Below are positions 1 to 12,321 of a stretch of 64,000 nt of DNA, piece after piece (position 1 is the first letter of the stretch; every line of letters begins with the position of its first letter). A program made the position numbers and the translations under genes. The DNA is from the human T2T-CHM13v2.0 reference genome, Homo sapiens, in the NCBI GenBank assembly GCA_009914755.4, contig CP086569.2, forward strand, positions 6,048,001-6,112,000, in the 5' to 3' direction. Below the pieces are notes generated by a model. That model was not told the DNA's origin. It ran no database searches and saw only the letters and a program-made list of their open reading frames with translations.

Positions 1-2493
1 TAAGCAGACTCCACTTACAGGAACACACACACACACAAAGACAGAAACACACAATACCTCACACATCAAACATTCACAACATTCTCACAGAAACACTTCA
101 CCTGGCGTCTCCTGACACTGTGTGGTTCTGCAGGAAGACCCACCTGGGAAAGAACAACCCTGAGAAACACAGGCAGGCAGTCCCTAGAAATCACAGTAGG
201 ACAATTTTCAAAAAGACTTACTCCTACAACGTCTAGTGAGGCCTGAGGAATCCTGCAGATTTTCTTGGATCCATAGGGATTTTGCATTTTATTCCTAGGG
301 TTCTGCTTGATGTTTCTTCATGCTGGCTCATGTCTGGCCTTTCCTAGGACAATGAAATAATCCAGTGGATCCCACCTAGAAGACAGGTGAGAGTCCACTG
401 CTGACCCATCTCCACGGAGGTCTCTATGTCTGCAAAGCCACAGGGACTTTTTGCTAGGCAATGATGACATTCATTGTGACACTAGTGAGAGCTCATCATC
501 AGGCCAGGTGCTCTGAGACTAGCACATGCACATTTGTGAGGCAGGCTATGGCCCCTGGCTGTCATATTGGTCAGCCTGCCTAAGCAGAGGAAATTGGCAC
601 AGTCAGATCTGGCCGAATGTCGCGAAATAGGCTGCCTATGAAAACCCACTGTGGGACACTAAAATCTAGACCTCAGGTCCCCTTCAGATCATCTCCATGA
701 TCAGGCCCCTATGGAGGAGGAGATGTTTTGAGGCTATGAGTTTGTCACTAGAAACTGCTTTTCTGACTCCATTCCAGAAAGAGGCTGTGTGCAAGAATCG
801 GGTCCCTTGTGGATTGAAATACAGTTTGTTGTATTGTAGAGGGTTCTTTGGGTGATAGAATCATACCTGAGACCCCAGAGGTGGGTTTCAGCAAATGATG
901 GCTGGGCTCTTGACCTCAATGCCTTCCTTGATCCTGGACTTCACAGGGGCTATCTGAAAAAAGCAGAAACCAAGACAAATGCAAGTCCAATGTGGAGCAG
1001 TGATCTCACAAGTTAAACTGGCCTTTTACAGATGCAAATGAGCGTGAGTGTCTCAGAGTCCATTTGTGACCGTGGCAAGCCTGAAAAGCATGTCCAATAG
1101 TACTGTTGAGGAGTACTGTGGATTCCCCATGAAAGCAAACAAAACTCAAGACTCACCTGACAGAATGAGGTACGTTTTTCTGTAGTCCAAGCAATGTTCA
1201 ATGATTACTGTTACAGGACCCAAAATTATCTTGCAAAGTTAAAACCACCACAGCCCCTACAAGGAGAAAATGACCCATAACCTGGAATGCAGCCAGCCTA
1301 CACAGAGTCTCTTTTGCTTTCTGAAATTCCTGACAGCTAAATAATCTGTTGCTGGAGGCAGTCCTATCGAGCAACATCTCAATGAAAGAGCTCCTCCACA
1401 ATGAGATGGCCATGCAGATGCAGTGATACAGAGGCTAGATTACCAGAAAAAAAGTGAGACATGGCTGCCTTCTTCTCATCCTCCAAGAATCATGCAGCCC
1501 TTCAATAGAAATGGGAGACAAAGTTTCATTGTTTGTGGGTCTAATGGGTATTAACAGTTTTAAAAGTAACAAAACTGCCCAGTCATTAAAATATGACAGT
1601 GTTTACAAGGAAACACTCAGGCAATGGATTCCCTTGAGGGTCGTTCCACATTAACTGGATAACATTTATTGTGGAAGTCATTGAGCCAGAACCAGAAAAC
1701 CCTAGGATGATAAGAATCATGAAAATCAGGAAAAGAAGAGGCAAGTCTGTAGGCCACATCCCGCCAAGCCTCAATCCCTTCAACTCCCATTTGGCTATGG
1801 GTATGAAAGCCCTCAAATCGGGAGTTTGCCAGGATGGCCCCAGTTTGCACTCCTAATATCCACAGCATGTTGGAGCACTCTCACCTGGACCCCTGGCCAT
1901 GGTGTGGACTGCTTCTGCAATTAAGGATTTACCGGGATGGAATTGAAAGCACCTTCTGTGTTACCTGTCTTCATTTGTTTTGCAGGTGAAGTTTGGGATT
2001 CCATCCACCCCTCACCAGATTTTATCCTCACCCTTATCTGAACTTATTCCTTCTCACACTCTATGTCCCAGGATTAAATCTCAAGATGATGAAGGAATAC
2101 CCCCTCATGACATGAAGCACCTGCTCATCTGGGAAGCTAATTCAATGTAAATTCAAGGGGACCTAAGAACAGGACTGCTAGTGTCTCCATGGTTAGGCTG
2201 CAGGACAATGAAACACTAGATGTCATTTTTTTTTTTGGTGTGGTGTGCTTCTCTTCTTTCTAGAAGAATGGCTTTCTTTTTTTTTCTCTCCTTTTTTTTT
2301 TTCTTTTTTTGCAGAGGGACATGATTTAAACTATGGCAGGTATCAGCCCACCTCCCAATTCACTGTGGATTCATGATCCACAGAAAAATAGAAAACCTGG
2401 ACCCCGCAGTCCAAGCAAAGCCACACAGACAGGGCACATAAAGGTTTGGTGACTCAAAAAAAAGAAGCAATGAAGTGCATTATCCACAGTCAT
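1..2493 (+). repeat. macrosatellite unit U1 (2493 bp; window opens at the boundary motif)
   Basis: Runs from boundary motif to boundary motif. Contains all unit landmarks, including the exon-like block at ~1983-2150 and expanded T-tracts at 2226-2310. Confidence 0.85.
2276..2310 (+). repeat. Expanded pyrimidine/T tract at T-tract site (b)
   Basis: ggctttctttttttttctctccttttttttttttctttttttgcagaggg. The homologous site is gtggctttttttgcaggggg in most units and a GT/T-rich expansion at 47853-47900. Confidence 0.85.
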
Positions 2494-4933
2494 TTAAGCA
2501 GACTCCACTTACAGGCACACACACATACACACACACACAAAACCACACAATGTCTCACACACACACACACAGACATCCAACATTTACAACACTCCCACAG
2601 AAACACACAGCGTGGGAACTCCTAAGGCTGCCTGGTACTGCAGGACATTTGAGTGTGGGAGAGAGCCCCTCTCCCCGCCCCGCCCTGGGGAACACAGGCG
2701 TGATGTACCTATAAATCACAGTGGGGCAAGTTTCAAAATGACTCACAACTACAATGCCTAGGCAGGCTTGAAGAATCCTACAGATTTCTTTGCATCCTTT
2801 GGGATTTCAGAATTTATTTCTGGAATTGTGCTTGATGTTTCTACAGACTCTCACATCTGCCCTCTCTTGGGATCATGGGACTGTCCTGTCTGTCTTACAG
2901 AGAAGACAAGTGGGAGTCCATGGGCAACAAAACTGTATAGAGGTGCCCTTCTTCTCCAATTCACAGGGACTTGGCATTAGGCAACAATGACATTAATTGT
3001 CACTCTACTGAAAGGTCACAGTCAGGCCTGGTGCTGTGAGACTAGCGCATGCACATTTGTGAGGCAGGCTCCGCCATCAGTCAGTCTGAGCTGTCAGCCT
3101 GCCTATGCAGTAAAAAATGGTACAGGCAGGGCAAGCCTGGTATCAAGAAAAAGGCAGCCTGGAAAAACCCAGAGCAGGACACTAAAATTCTCAAACTCAG
3201 GGCGCCTTTAGACAGTTTTTGTGGTTGGGTCTTGCTGGAGGAGGAAGGGTTTTGAGACTCTGAGGTGGTCACAGCAAACTGTTCTTCTGACTTCATTCCC
3301 AAAAGATGTTCTTTGCGACAGTCTGGTACCATAGGGATTGCAATATAGTATGGTGTGTTAAGGGTTCTTTGTTGATAGAATCATACCTAAGACCCTAAGG
3401 GCAGAGGTCAGTGAAAGATGGCTGGGTTCTTGACCTCACAGCTTCCCTTAATGCTGTGCCTCACAGAGGCTTTCTGGGAAATACAGGAAGCAACACAAAG
3501 GCAAATCCAATATGAAGCAATGGTCTCACATCCGTATTGTCACCTCTTGGGTGCAGATAAGGTTTAGACAGTGTCTCAGACACCATCTGCAGTCATGGCA
3601 AGCCTGAAAAGGGTGTCCAAAAAAAAGTCTCACCTGAGAGAACAAGCTTCCTTGTGCTGGAATCCAAGCAATGTTCAATGATTCCTGTCAGGAGACCCAA
3701 AACACCCTACAAAGTGCAAACAACCTCAGCCCCCACAATGAGACAACGACCCACAATGTGGAGTGCAGGCAGCCTATTGAAAGTCATTTTGCTGTCTGAA
3801 ATCACTGGCAGATTCATAATCTGTGGTGAAAGGCAGTTCCATCCAGCAACAGTTCAATGAAAGTGCCCGTCCAAAATAAGAAAGTTGTGCAGATGATGAA
3901 ACAGACTCTAGATTACCAGGAAAAACTTGACACACAAGCCTGCTTCTCATCCTACAGGAGTCATGGGCCCCTCCAATAGATGTGAGAGAACAAGTTTTCT
4001 TTTGGCAGCTGTAACATCAATATATATTTTTAAAAGTATCAAATCTTCCCAGTCCTTAGTACATGACGCTGTTTAGAAGGAAACATTCACACAATGGATT
4101 CCCATGAGAGTCATTCTCCATGAACTGGGAAACATTTAGTGTGGTAGTCACTAGGCCAGACCCAGGAAACCCTAAAACAATGAGAATCATGGAAGTCATG
4201 AAACAAAGAGGCATGTCTGGAAGCCCCATCCAACCAGCATCAATCCATTCCACCCACATTTGACTTTGGGTATTAAAGCCCACAAATCGGCAGTTTGCCA
4301 GGATGGTCCCAATTTGCACTCCAAATGTTCCTTGCACATTGGAATACTCATACCTGAACACTGAGCCATTGTCTGGACTGCTTTTGCAATTAAGGTAAAG
4401 CAGGCATGGAGTTGGAAGAAACTTCTTTGTCATCTGTCTTTATTCTTTTTTTGCAGGTAAAGTTGTGGGACCCCATCCACTTTTCACCACATTGTATTCT
4501 CACCCCATCTGACTTTATTGCTGCTCACACTCTATATCCCAGGATAAAATCACAAGACAATGGAGGTGTGCCTCCTTAGGACTTGAAGCACCTGCTCAAT
4601 TCAGAACAGAATTTGAGGTAAAATTAAGGGGCCCTGCCGACAGAACTGCTAGTGTCTTTTCCTGTGTTGGCCATAGGAATATGAAACACAGGGAGATGTC
4701 TATCTTTTGGTGTGGTGTGCTTTTCTTTTTTTCTAGAACAGTGGCTTTTCTTGCAGAGGGAGTTGTTTTGGACACCAGCAGTTCCCTGCCCACATACCAA
4801 TTCACTGTGGATTTTGGATCCACATAATAATAAAGAACACGGTGCCCCACTGCCCAAGCAGAAACACACAGACAGGTGACCATAAGGTGGGGAGACTTAA
4901 AAAAAAGCGCTGAAGTGCATTAGCCACATTTCT
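2494..4933 (+). repeat. macrosatellite unit U2 (2440 bp)
   Basis: Boundary motif at 2494. Exon-like block at ~4453-4620. Carries a unit-private GC-box-like insertion ccccgccccgccc at ~2668-2690. Confidence 0.85.
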
Positions 4934-5587
4934 TTAAGATAACTCCACTTACATTCATACACACATAGACAGCCAGAAACACACCATGCCTCACATGCAC
5001 ACATATCCGATATTCCCAACACTTTCACAGAAACACACAACCCAGCAGTGCCTGACACTATGTCGTTCTTCAGGAAGCCTTACCTGGGAGACAGCAACCT
5101 TGAAAAACCCTGGTGGGCTGTACCAAGAAGTCACAGCAGAACAAGTTTCAAAAAGACTCACCCCTACAATGTCTAGGCCAGCCTGAGGAATCCTGCAGGT
5201 CATCTTGGAAACTTAGGGATTTTGCAATTTATTCCTGGGGCTCTGTTTGATGTTTCTTGAGGTTGGCTCAAGTCTGCCCTCTCCTAGGATCATGGAACAA
5301 TCCCACAGAGGAGACAGTTGAGTCAACTGCTGATGCACCTCCTCAGAGGTCTCCTTCTCAACCAAGCTGCAGGGACTTTTCTCTAGGCAATGATAACATT
5401 CATTGTGATGGTAGCCAACTCTCACAATCAGGCCTGGTCCCCTCAAACTAGTGCATGCATATCTGTAGGCAACATCTTGTTCCAGGCTGTCAGAGCTGTC
5501 AGCCTGCCTAAGCAGAGGGAAATTGTACAGACAGAGCCATCCTGGTATTATGAAAAAGCTGCCTATGAACACCCACTGTGGGACCCT
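4934..5587 (+). repeat. macrosatellite unit U3, 5' part (654 bp), truncated by the ERV fragment
   Basis: Boundary motif at 4934. Unit sequence ends at cccactgtgggaccc (5587), then foreign sequence begins. Confidence 0.8.
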
Positions 5588-5929
5588 TTGATCCCAATAT
5601 ACTCCCTTTGATCCCAATAGCCCTCAATATCAGCACATGATTAACATGGCTTTAGTTACTTAAAGTATAGAAGACATTAGAAGACAATGGCAGAAACAGA
5701 CTGGGTTTGCAGGCATGAATAATTCACAGTATTGGAGATAGCCCACCAGAAGTTTGTAAATAGAGATGCAGTAAGCTGCAGAGGGAACCTCAGAGAGAGT
5801 GAATGCCGAGCCTGGTGAAACGTTGACCTTCTAGCTGCGGCTATTAGAGGGGCCCCCCCAAAGTGGTGAGAGAAGGGGGGCCCTAGGAAAAATACCCAGT
5901 CTGGTCATCCATGCTTGCTGTGTAACCAG

Positions 5930-5971
5930 TGTCCTTGCTGTAAGGAAATAGGGCATTGGAAGGACAAGTGC
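5930..5971 (+). pseudogene. ERV gag nucleocapsid zinc-knuckle remnant (CPCCKEIGHWKDKC)
   Basis: The codons tgt cct tgc tgt aag gaa ata ggg cat tgg aag gac aag tgc encode CX2CX4HX4C. A degenerate protease active-site region (LLDCGG for LLDTGA) follows at ~6040-6080. Confidence 0.6.
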
Positions 5972-6449
5972 CCCAGATTGAAAGGGAAATAAGGTGACTC
6001 TGAGCAGGAGTCCTCAGACAAAGATGAAGGGGACTTATTCAATCTAGCAGAAGTGTTATTGGACTGTGGGGGTCCGGGCTGATGTGCAGTAGTAACCATC
6101 CTGGTCGCCCTCTTTTCCACAAAGACTAGTAATATAATCAGATACACAGGGGTCCTGACAAAGTAAGCTTTCTGTTTGCCCTAGACCTGCACTTTAGGGG
6201 ATGGGGGGGTCATTAAGTGATTCACCACTTCCTGTACATGCTTGACTGCCCCTTGCCTTTGGTAGGAAGGACTTACTTAGCAAGCTGAGAGCCACCATCT
6301 CTTTTACAAAACACAGCTCTTTACAGTTAAAGTTACTTGGAAGGAGAGTCATCATGGCCCTTATTGTTCCTAGCGAGAAGGAATGGAGATGCCTCTTAAT
6401 TCAGTTAAGCTAAGATGTAAGACCAGCTCTGGCTAAGTGATGGCCAAAA

Positions 6450-7270
6450 GTGTGGGCAGAAAAGAACCCTCCAGGATTGGCAATTAACTAGGCCCTCTTA
6501 CTCATAGGAGATAAGCCTATGGCCCAGCCAGCCAGGAAAAAACAGTCCCTAGTCCCCAGAGAAGCTCTTGAAGGTACCCAGGTCCATCTCAAGCACCTGA
6601 GGGCCCTTGGAATTATAGTCCCTTGTTAGTATCCATGGAACACTCCCTGCCTGTCTGTTCCAAAGCCAGGGATCAAGGACTACAGGCCAGTACTGGAGTT
6701 GTATTCAGTCATCCAAGCTACAGTGACTTTGCCCCAGTTGTACCTAACTCCTACAAATTGTTGGGGTTGCTGCCAGCTGAGGACAGCTGAAGGATGCCTT
6801 CATTAGCATCAGCCTAGCCCTTGAGAACCAGAAACTCTTTGCCTTTGAGTGGGAAGATGCGGGGCCAGGTGTCACCACTCAGTACACTTGGACCTTGCTT
6901 CCCCAAGGGTTCAATAACTCCCCCACTATCTTTGGGAAGGTACTGGCTCGGGACTTCCAGAAGTTTCCCACAGAGACCTAGACTGTTTTTTGCTCCAGTC
7001 TGTTGATGACCTCCTGCAGGGACACCCAACAGTAATCGGGTGCCCCAAGGGAATGGATACCCTGCTCTGGCACCTGGGGGACTGCGGGTATGAGGTGTCC
7101 AAAGAAAGCTCAGATCTGCTGACAGCATTTATGTTATCTGGGATTTACTATCCTACAATGGAGCACAGCCTAGGATCAGAAAGAAAGCAGGTCATTTGCA
7201 ACCTACTGGAGACTAAAACCAGAAGGCAGATGAGAGAATTCTTAGGAGCTGTATTTTCAGTACTGTAGGA
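6450..7270 (+). pseudogene. ERV pol reverse-transcriptase domain (frameshifted)
   Basis: ORF 6990..7268 and upstream frames contain PKPGIKDYRPV, LKDAFISI, LFAFEWEDAGPGVTTQYTWT, LPQGFNNSPTIFG, (Y)VDD-like SVDDLL and GYEVS...RQMREFLGAV. These align to MLV RT blocks. Confidence 0.8.
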
Positions 7271-7423
7271 AGTCACAAAGGGAGGTAACAGAGAGAATTT
7301 TGAATGGGAGTCCCAACAGTAATGAGCTTTTCATGAATTAAAAGAGAAACTTACATCAGCCCCAGCTCTGGGGCTGCCTGACCTCACAAAGCCATTTACA
7401 CTATATGTGTCAGAGAGAGAAAA

Positions 7424-8800
7424 ATGGTAGCTGGAGTTTTTACCCACACAGTGTGGCCCTGGCCAAGATTGGTAGCCTACTTCTCCAAACAGCTAGATGG
7501 AGTTTCTAAAGGTTGGCCCCCATGTTTGAAGGCCTTGGCAGCAACTGCCCTGCTAGCACAAGAAGTGGATAAACTAACTCTTGGGCAAAACCTGAACATA
7601 AAGTCTCCCCATGCTGTGGTGTTATTAATGAATACCAAAGGACATCATTGGCTAATGAATGCAAGGGTAAGTAGCTACCAAAGCTTGCTCTGTGAAAATC
7701 CCCACATAATCATTGAAGTCTGCAACACCTTGAACTCCACCACCTTACATACACCTTACTGGTGTCAGAGAGCCCAGGTGAACATAACTGTGTAGAGGTG
7801 TTGGACACAGTTTATTTTAGCAGACTCCCCATTGAGACCATTCTTGGGCATCAGTAGATTTGGAGCTGTACATGGATGGGAGTAGCTTGTCAATCTACAA
7901 GAAAAGCAGTCATACACTGCAGAGGAAACAAGCAAACTTCCACTCGATTGCCTTGGAGAACTCCCGAGCTGACTCAGAGTCTCGGAAAGCAGCATCCACC
8001 CACTATGGGGCATCAGTCACAATCCTGTTGCTCCATCAGGTACCTGACCTTGTACCTATTTATTCTAAAGAAAAGAAAGACTTTCTCCAAGCAGAGGGAG
8101 GGCATGTGATAGAAGAGGGAAAGATTCTGTTATTTGATGGAAGAATAGCCATGTCACAACTACTAGTAGCCACAGTGGTACTGGCTGTGCATGAGACCAC
8201 CCACCTAGACCAAAACTCAGTGTGTCACCTTTCCACAGAAAAATGCTAGGCAAGGTCTAACCGTCTTGCCCAACATACAAGCTTATGGATTAGCCCGCTT
8301 TGAAAACATCCAAGTAGACTTCACCAAGATATCCAAATGTAGAGGTAACAAGTATTTGCTAGTTCTAGTGTGTACATACTCTGGGTGGGTGGTGGCCTAT
8401 CCAACAAAAACTTAGAAAGCTCGTGAAGTACACTATGTGCTTCTCCAAGATGTCATCCCTAGGTTTAGACTGCCCTTATGAATGAGCTCAGACAACATGC
8501 CATCATTTGTTGCTGACTTGGTACAAAAGGCAGCAAAGGTATTGGAAATGACATGGAAACTACATACTGCTTATTGACCGTAGAGTTGCGGAAAGGTGAA
8601 GCAGATGAACTGGACTATCAAAAATAGTTTAGAAAAAGTGTGTCAAGAAAGAGGATTAAAGCCGGCACAAGCTCTCCCTAAGGTATTGTTTAAGATTAAA
8701 TGTATTCCTTCTAAAAGAACAGGATATTCACCTTATGAAATATTATATCATAGGCCCCCTCCCATACTACGGGGACTCCTAGGCACTCATTGAGAGCTAG
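7424..8800 (+). pseudogene. ERV pol RNase H/tether and integrase (frameshifted, with stops)
   Basis: ORFs 7424..7795 (LVAYFSKQLDGVSKGWPPCLKALAATALLAQEVDKLTLGQNL), 7860..8249 (HHCC-like HETTH...CHLSTEKC) and 8596..8793. The intervening frame carries the DDE core (D in VDFT; KYLLVLVCTYSGWVVAYPTK with D>C), WKLHTAY and SPYEILYHRPPP. Confidence 0.8.
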
Positions 8801-9779
8801 GTAAAATTGAGTTACAGCAACAATTACAGGCTCTAGGGAAAATTACAGAAACAATTTCAGCCAGGGTAAATGACTTTCTTCCCAGATGATCGGGTGTGGA
8901 TCCCGGATCGGAAAGTAGCCCCCTTGTGGCCACAGGTGGAAAGGACACCAGGCCTTCGTCTTGACCACTCCCACAGCCACAAATGTAGAGAAAATTCTAG
9001 CGTGGATCCATCATAGCCACCTAAAACTGCAGCACCTGAGACCTGGGAGGAGAGACCAAGCCCAGATAACACCTCCAAGGTGACTTTGAAGAAGATGACA
9101 AGCCCTACTCCAGTCATACCCAGGAGCTGACTGGTCCACGCATGGCCAAAACATGAGGAAACTCATTGTAGGACTCACTTTTCTTAAATTTTGGATGTGT
9201 ACAGTAAGGACTTCAACTGACCTTCCTCAGACTGAGGACTGTTCAAGTTACTGAGGTAGGGAAAAAAGTTAAAGCAGTCTTTTTGTTTTATAGTTATTAT
9301 GAATGTATTGCAACTTTAAAAGGGATGACTTTGTATAACGCCACCCTGCACAAGGTATGCAGCCCAGGAAGTAACCAGCCTGATGTGGGAAAACCCATTA
9401 TAACTACTTGATCCCTGTCGGAAAACAGGAGAGTATGTAATTCTAAGAATCAATGGAAATGGACTGGATCCCCAAGTAAATATTTTAGTCTAAGGGAAGG
9501 TCCACAGGCACTCTCCCAAGCCAGTGTTTACTCCCTGTATGGTACCTGTACTTTTACCACCTTAGTTCATCAAAAGACCACAGCACAAGTGCATTACATA
9601 AATCACTATCAATCTGTTTTGCAGAAAGACCTGGGTAATGAAGATGAGAAAGAGAACTCTCACTAGTGAGTGCAGCTCTCAAAGAGGGGGATGAGGAGGA
9701 AGGCTATTTCTCTTACTGTCCCCTGTTCTCTGAATAGAAGGAGGAAGTAAAAGCTGAAAAACATCAGGAATGAAATCAT

Positions 9780-10052
9780 TGACAAGACCAGCTGGTGCCA
9801 CTAATGAACAGGCCTGAGGTTAAAAGTTTAACCCACCACTCTAACCACACGTGCTATCTCTAGATCTCAATCTATTACAACCCTTTCACGTGTAACCCCT
9901 TAAAGTTGTAAGCACTTAAAAGGGACAGGAACTGTTTCTTCCAGGAGCTCAGTTCCTGAGACAGGAGTCTGCCAACACTCCCAGCTGAATAAAGCCACTT
10001 TCTTCTTTAATCCAGTGTCTGAGGGGTTTTGTTCATGGCTTGTCCTGCTACA
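9780..10052 (+). repeat. ERV 3' LTR-like segment (U3-R with aataaa; ends ...ctgctaca), truncated
   Basis: Polyadenylation signal aataaagccactttc at ~9993 and terminal ca at 10051-10052. About 24 bp of unassigned filler (10053-10076) follows before macrosatellite sequence resumes. Confidence 0.45.
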
Positions 10053-10076
10053 AAGGAATGCAGCAATGGGGTTGAC

Positions 10077-12321
10077 TGGTTCTGCAAGAAGCCCCCACCT
10101 GGGAGACAGCAACCCCAGGGAAAACAGCCTGGCTCTACCTAGAAATCACAGTGGGGTAAGTTTCAAAAAGGCTCACCCCTACAATGTCTAGGTTGAATGA
10201 GGAATCCTGAAGATCATTTTTTATTATTAGGGATTTCATGGTTTATTGCTGGAACTTTACTTGAGGTTTCTTCAGGCTGGCTCACATCTGCCCTCTCCTA
10301 GGATCATGGAACAATACCATGGATCCCACAGTGAAGACAGGTGAGAGTCCACCTTTGACACAACTCCACGGAGGTCTTCTTCTCCACCAAGCCACAGGAA
10401 CTTGTTGCTAGGCAATGGTTACACTCATTGTGATGCTAGCCAGAGCTCACAATCAGGCCTGGTGCCCTGAGAGTAGTGCATGCCCATTCCTGTGGCAGCC
10501 TATGTTTCCTGTCTGTCAGAGCTGTCAGCCTGCTTAAGCAGAGTAAAATGGTACAGGCAGTGCAGCCTGGTAGCGAGAAAAAAGGCTGCCTGTGAAATCC
10601 CACTGTGGGACCATAAGTGGGGACCTCAGGGCCCCTTCATGGCATCTCCATGGCCATGTCATGCTGGAGAAGGAGGCGTTTCAAGAATGTGAGCTGATCG
10701 CTGGAAACTGCTCATCTGACTCCAGTCTCAAAAGAGGCTATGTGCAAGAATCGGGTATGATGGGGATGCAAATATAGTTTGCTGTGTTGTTGAGGGTTAT
10801 TTGGATGATAGAATCATACCTGAGACCCCAGAAGCTGGGGTCAGTGAAAGATAGTTGGGCCCTTGACCTCACTTCCTCCCTTCATTTTGGGCCTCACAGG
10901 GGCTCTCTGGGAAAGTCTGGACCTAAGACAAAGGCAAGTCCAAGGTGGAGCACTGTTCTCACACCTTGGACTGACCACTCATGGGTGCAGATGAGGTTGA
11001 GACAGTGTGTCAAAGGCCATTTATGGCATGGCAAGGATAAAAAGTTGTGTCAGTACTGCTGTTTAGGGGTACTGTAGATTCCCCATGAAAGCAAAGAAAA
11101 ATAAAACCTCATCTCTCTAGAATGAGCTGCCTTGTGCTGGAGTCCAAGCAATGTTCAATGATTCCTGTCAGAGGATCCAAATGCCTCCTGTAAAGTGGAA
11201 GGAACTTCAGCCCCCCAAATGAGACAATGACCCAGAACCTGGAGTGCAGCCAGCCTACCTGAAGTCCCTTTTCCTCTCTGAAATCCTGGTAACTAAATTA
11301 TCTGTGTAGAGAGGCAGTCCTACTGAAAAACAGCTGAATGAAAGAGCCCCTCCACAATAAGGAAACCAGGCAGATGAAATGAAACAGAAGATAGACTACC
11401 AGACAAAAGCCAGACATGAATGCCTGCTTCTCACCCTGCAGAAGTCATGCAGCCCTTTGATAGGAGTGGGAGAGGAAGAGTTTGCTTTTTGGTGGCTGTA
11501 ACAGGAATTTACTGTTTTAAAAGTATCAAAGCAGCTCAGTCATTAAAACGTGATGGTGTTTAGAAGGAAACACTCACACAGTGGATCACCGTGAGGGTTG
11601 TTCTTTGTGAACTGGGAAATGTTCTGTGTTGGAAGTCATTGAACCAGACCCAGGAAACTGTAGGCCAGTGAGGAACATGGAAGTCAGGAAAAGATGAGGC
11701 AAGTGTGGAGGCCACATTCCACCTAGCATGAATTTATTCCACTTCCATTTTGTTCCGGGTATGAAAGCCCTCAAATCGGAAGTTTGCCAGGATGGCCCCA
11801 GCTTGTACGCTCACCTGAACACTGAGCCATGGTGTGGACTGCTTCTTCAACTAAGGGAATGTGGGGATGGTGTTGGAAGTACCTTCTGAGTCACCTGTCT
11901 TCAGGTGACAACCTTCACCTGATTGAATTCTCACCCCTATCCGATGTTATGGCTGCTTATACTCTGTGTCCCAAAATAAAATCCCAAAATGATGGAGGAG
12001 TGCCCCCTCAGGACGTGAAGCACTTGCTAAGCTGGGGACTGAATTTCAGGTAAATTGAAGGGGCCCTGAAAACAAGACTGCTACTGTCTCTGTCTGGGTT
12101 GGCCACATAACAATGAAACACTAAAGATATCTATGTTTTTGTGTGGTGTGCTCCTCTTGTTTCTAGAAGAATGGCTTTGTGCTTTGTAGGGGGAGATTAT
12201 TTGGACATGGGTGGGTTATGGCCTGCCTCTCAATTCACTGAGACTTATGATGTGGCTCAAGCAGAGCCAAAAGGGTTGGAGACTCAAAAAACTAGCCCTG
12301 AATTGTGTTAGCCACATTCAT
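10077..12321 (+). repeat. macrosatellite unit U4 (partial, 2245 bp; resumes at unit offset ~115 after the ERV)
   Basis: Resumes at tggttctgcaagaagcccccacctgggagacagcaaccc, which is about 115 bp after the boundary motif in other units. The rest is a normal unit, with the exon-like block deleted or degenerate at ~11890-11940. Confidence 0.8.

Larger units (their letters stand above)
5588..10070 (+). mobile_element. Endogenous retrovirus fragment, class I (gammaretrovirus-like). Internal region gag(NC)-pro-pol with a shortened env remnant and an LTR-like 3' end. No 5' LTR or gag MA/CA.
   Basis: Translations on the + strand with frameshifts show: a gag NC zinc knuckle CX2CX4HX4C; RT motifs (PKPGIKDYRPV, LFAFEWEDAG, LPQGFNNSPTIFG, LLQSVDDLLQ, RQMREFLG); an integrase with an HHCC-like segment, the core FENIQVDFTKISKCRGNKYLLVLVCTYSGWVVAYPTKT, WKLHTAY and YSPYEILYHRPPP. 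The 3' end at 9780-10052 has aataaa and ends in ca. All of this closely parallels MLV-type pol. Confidence 0.85.

Noticed and set aside
9155-9260. ERV env start (MRKLIVGLTFLKFWMCTVRTS..., signal-peptide-like)
   Set aside because: It is plausible as an env leader. The env region is only ~600 bp with stops, and I cannot match it to a known env from memory, so it is not called as a feature.
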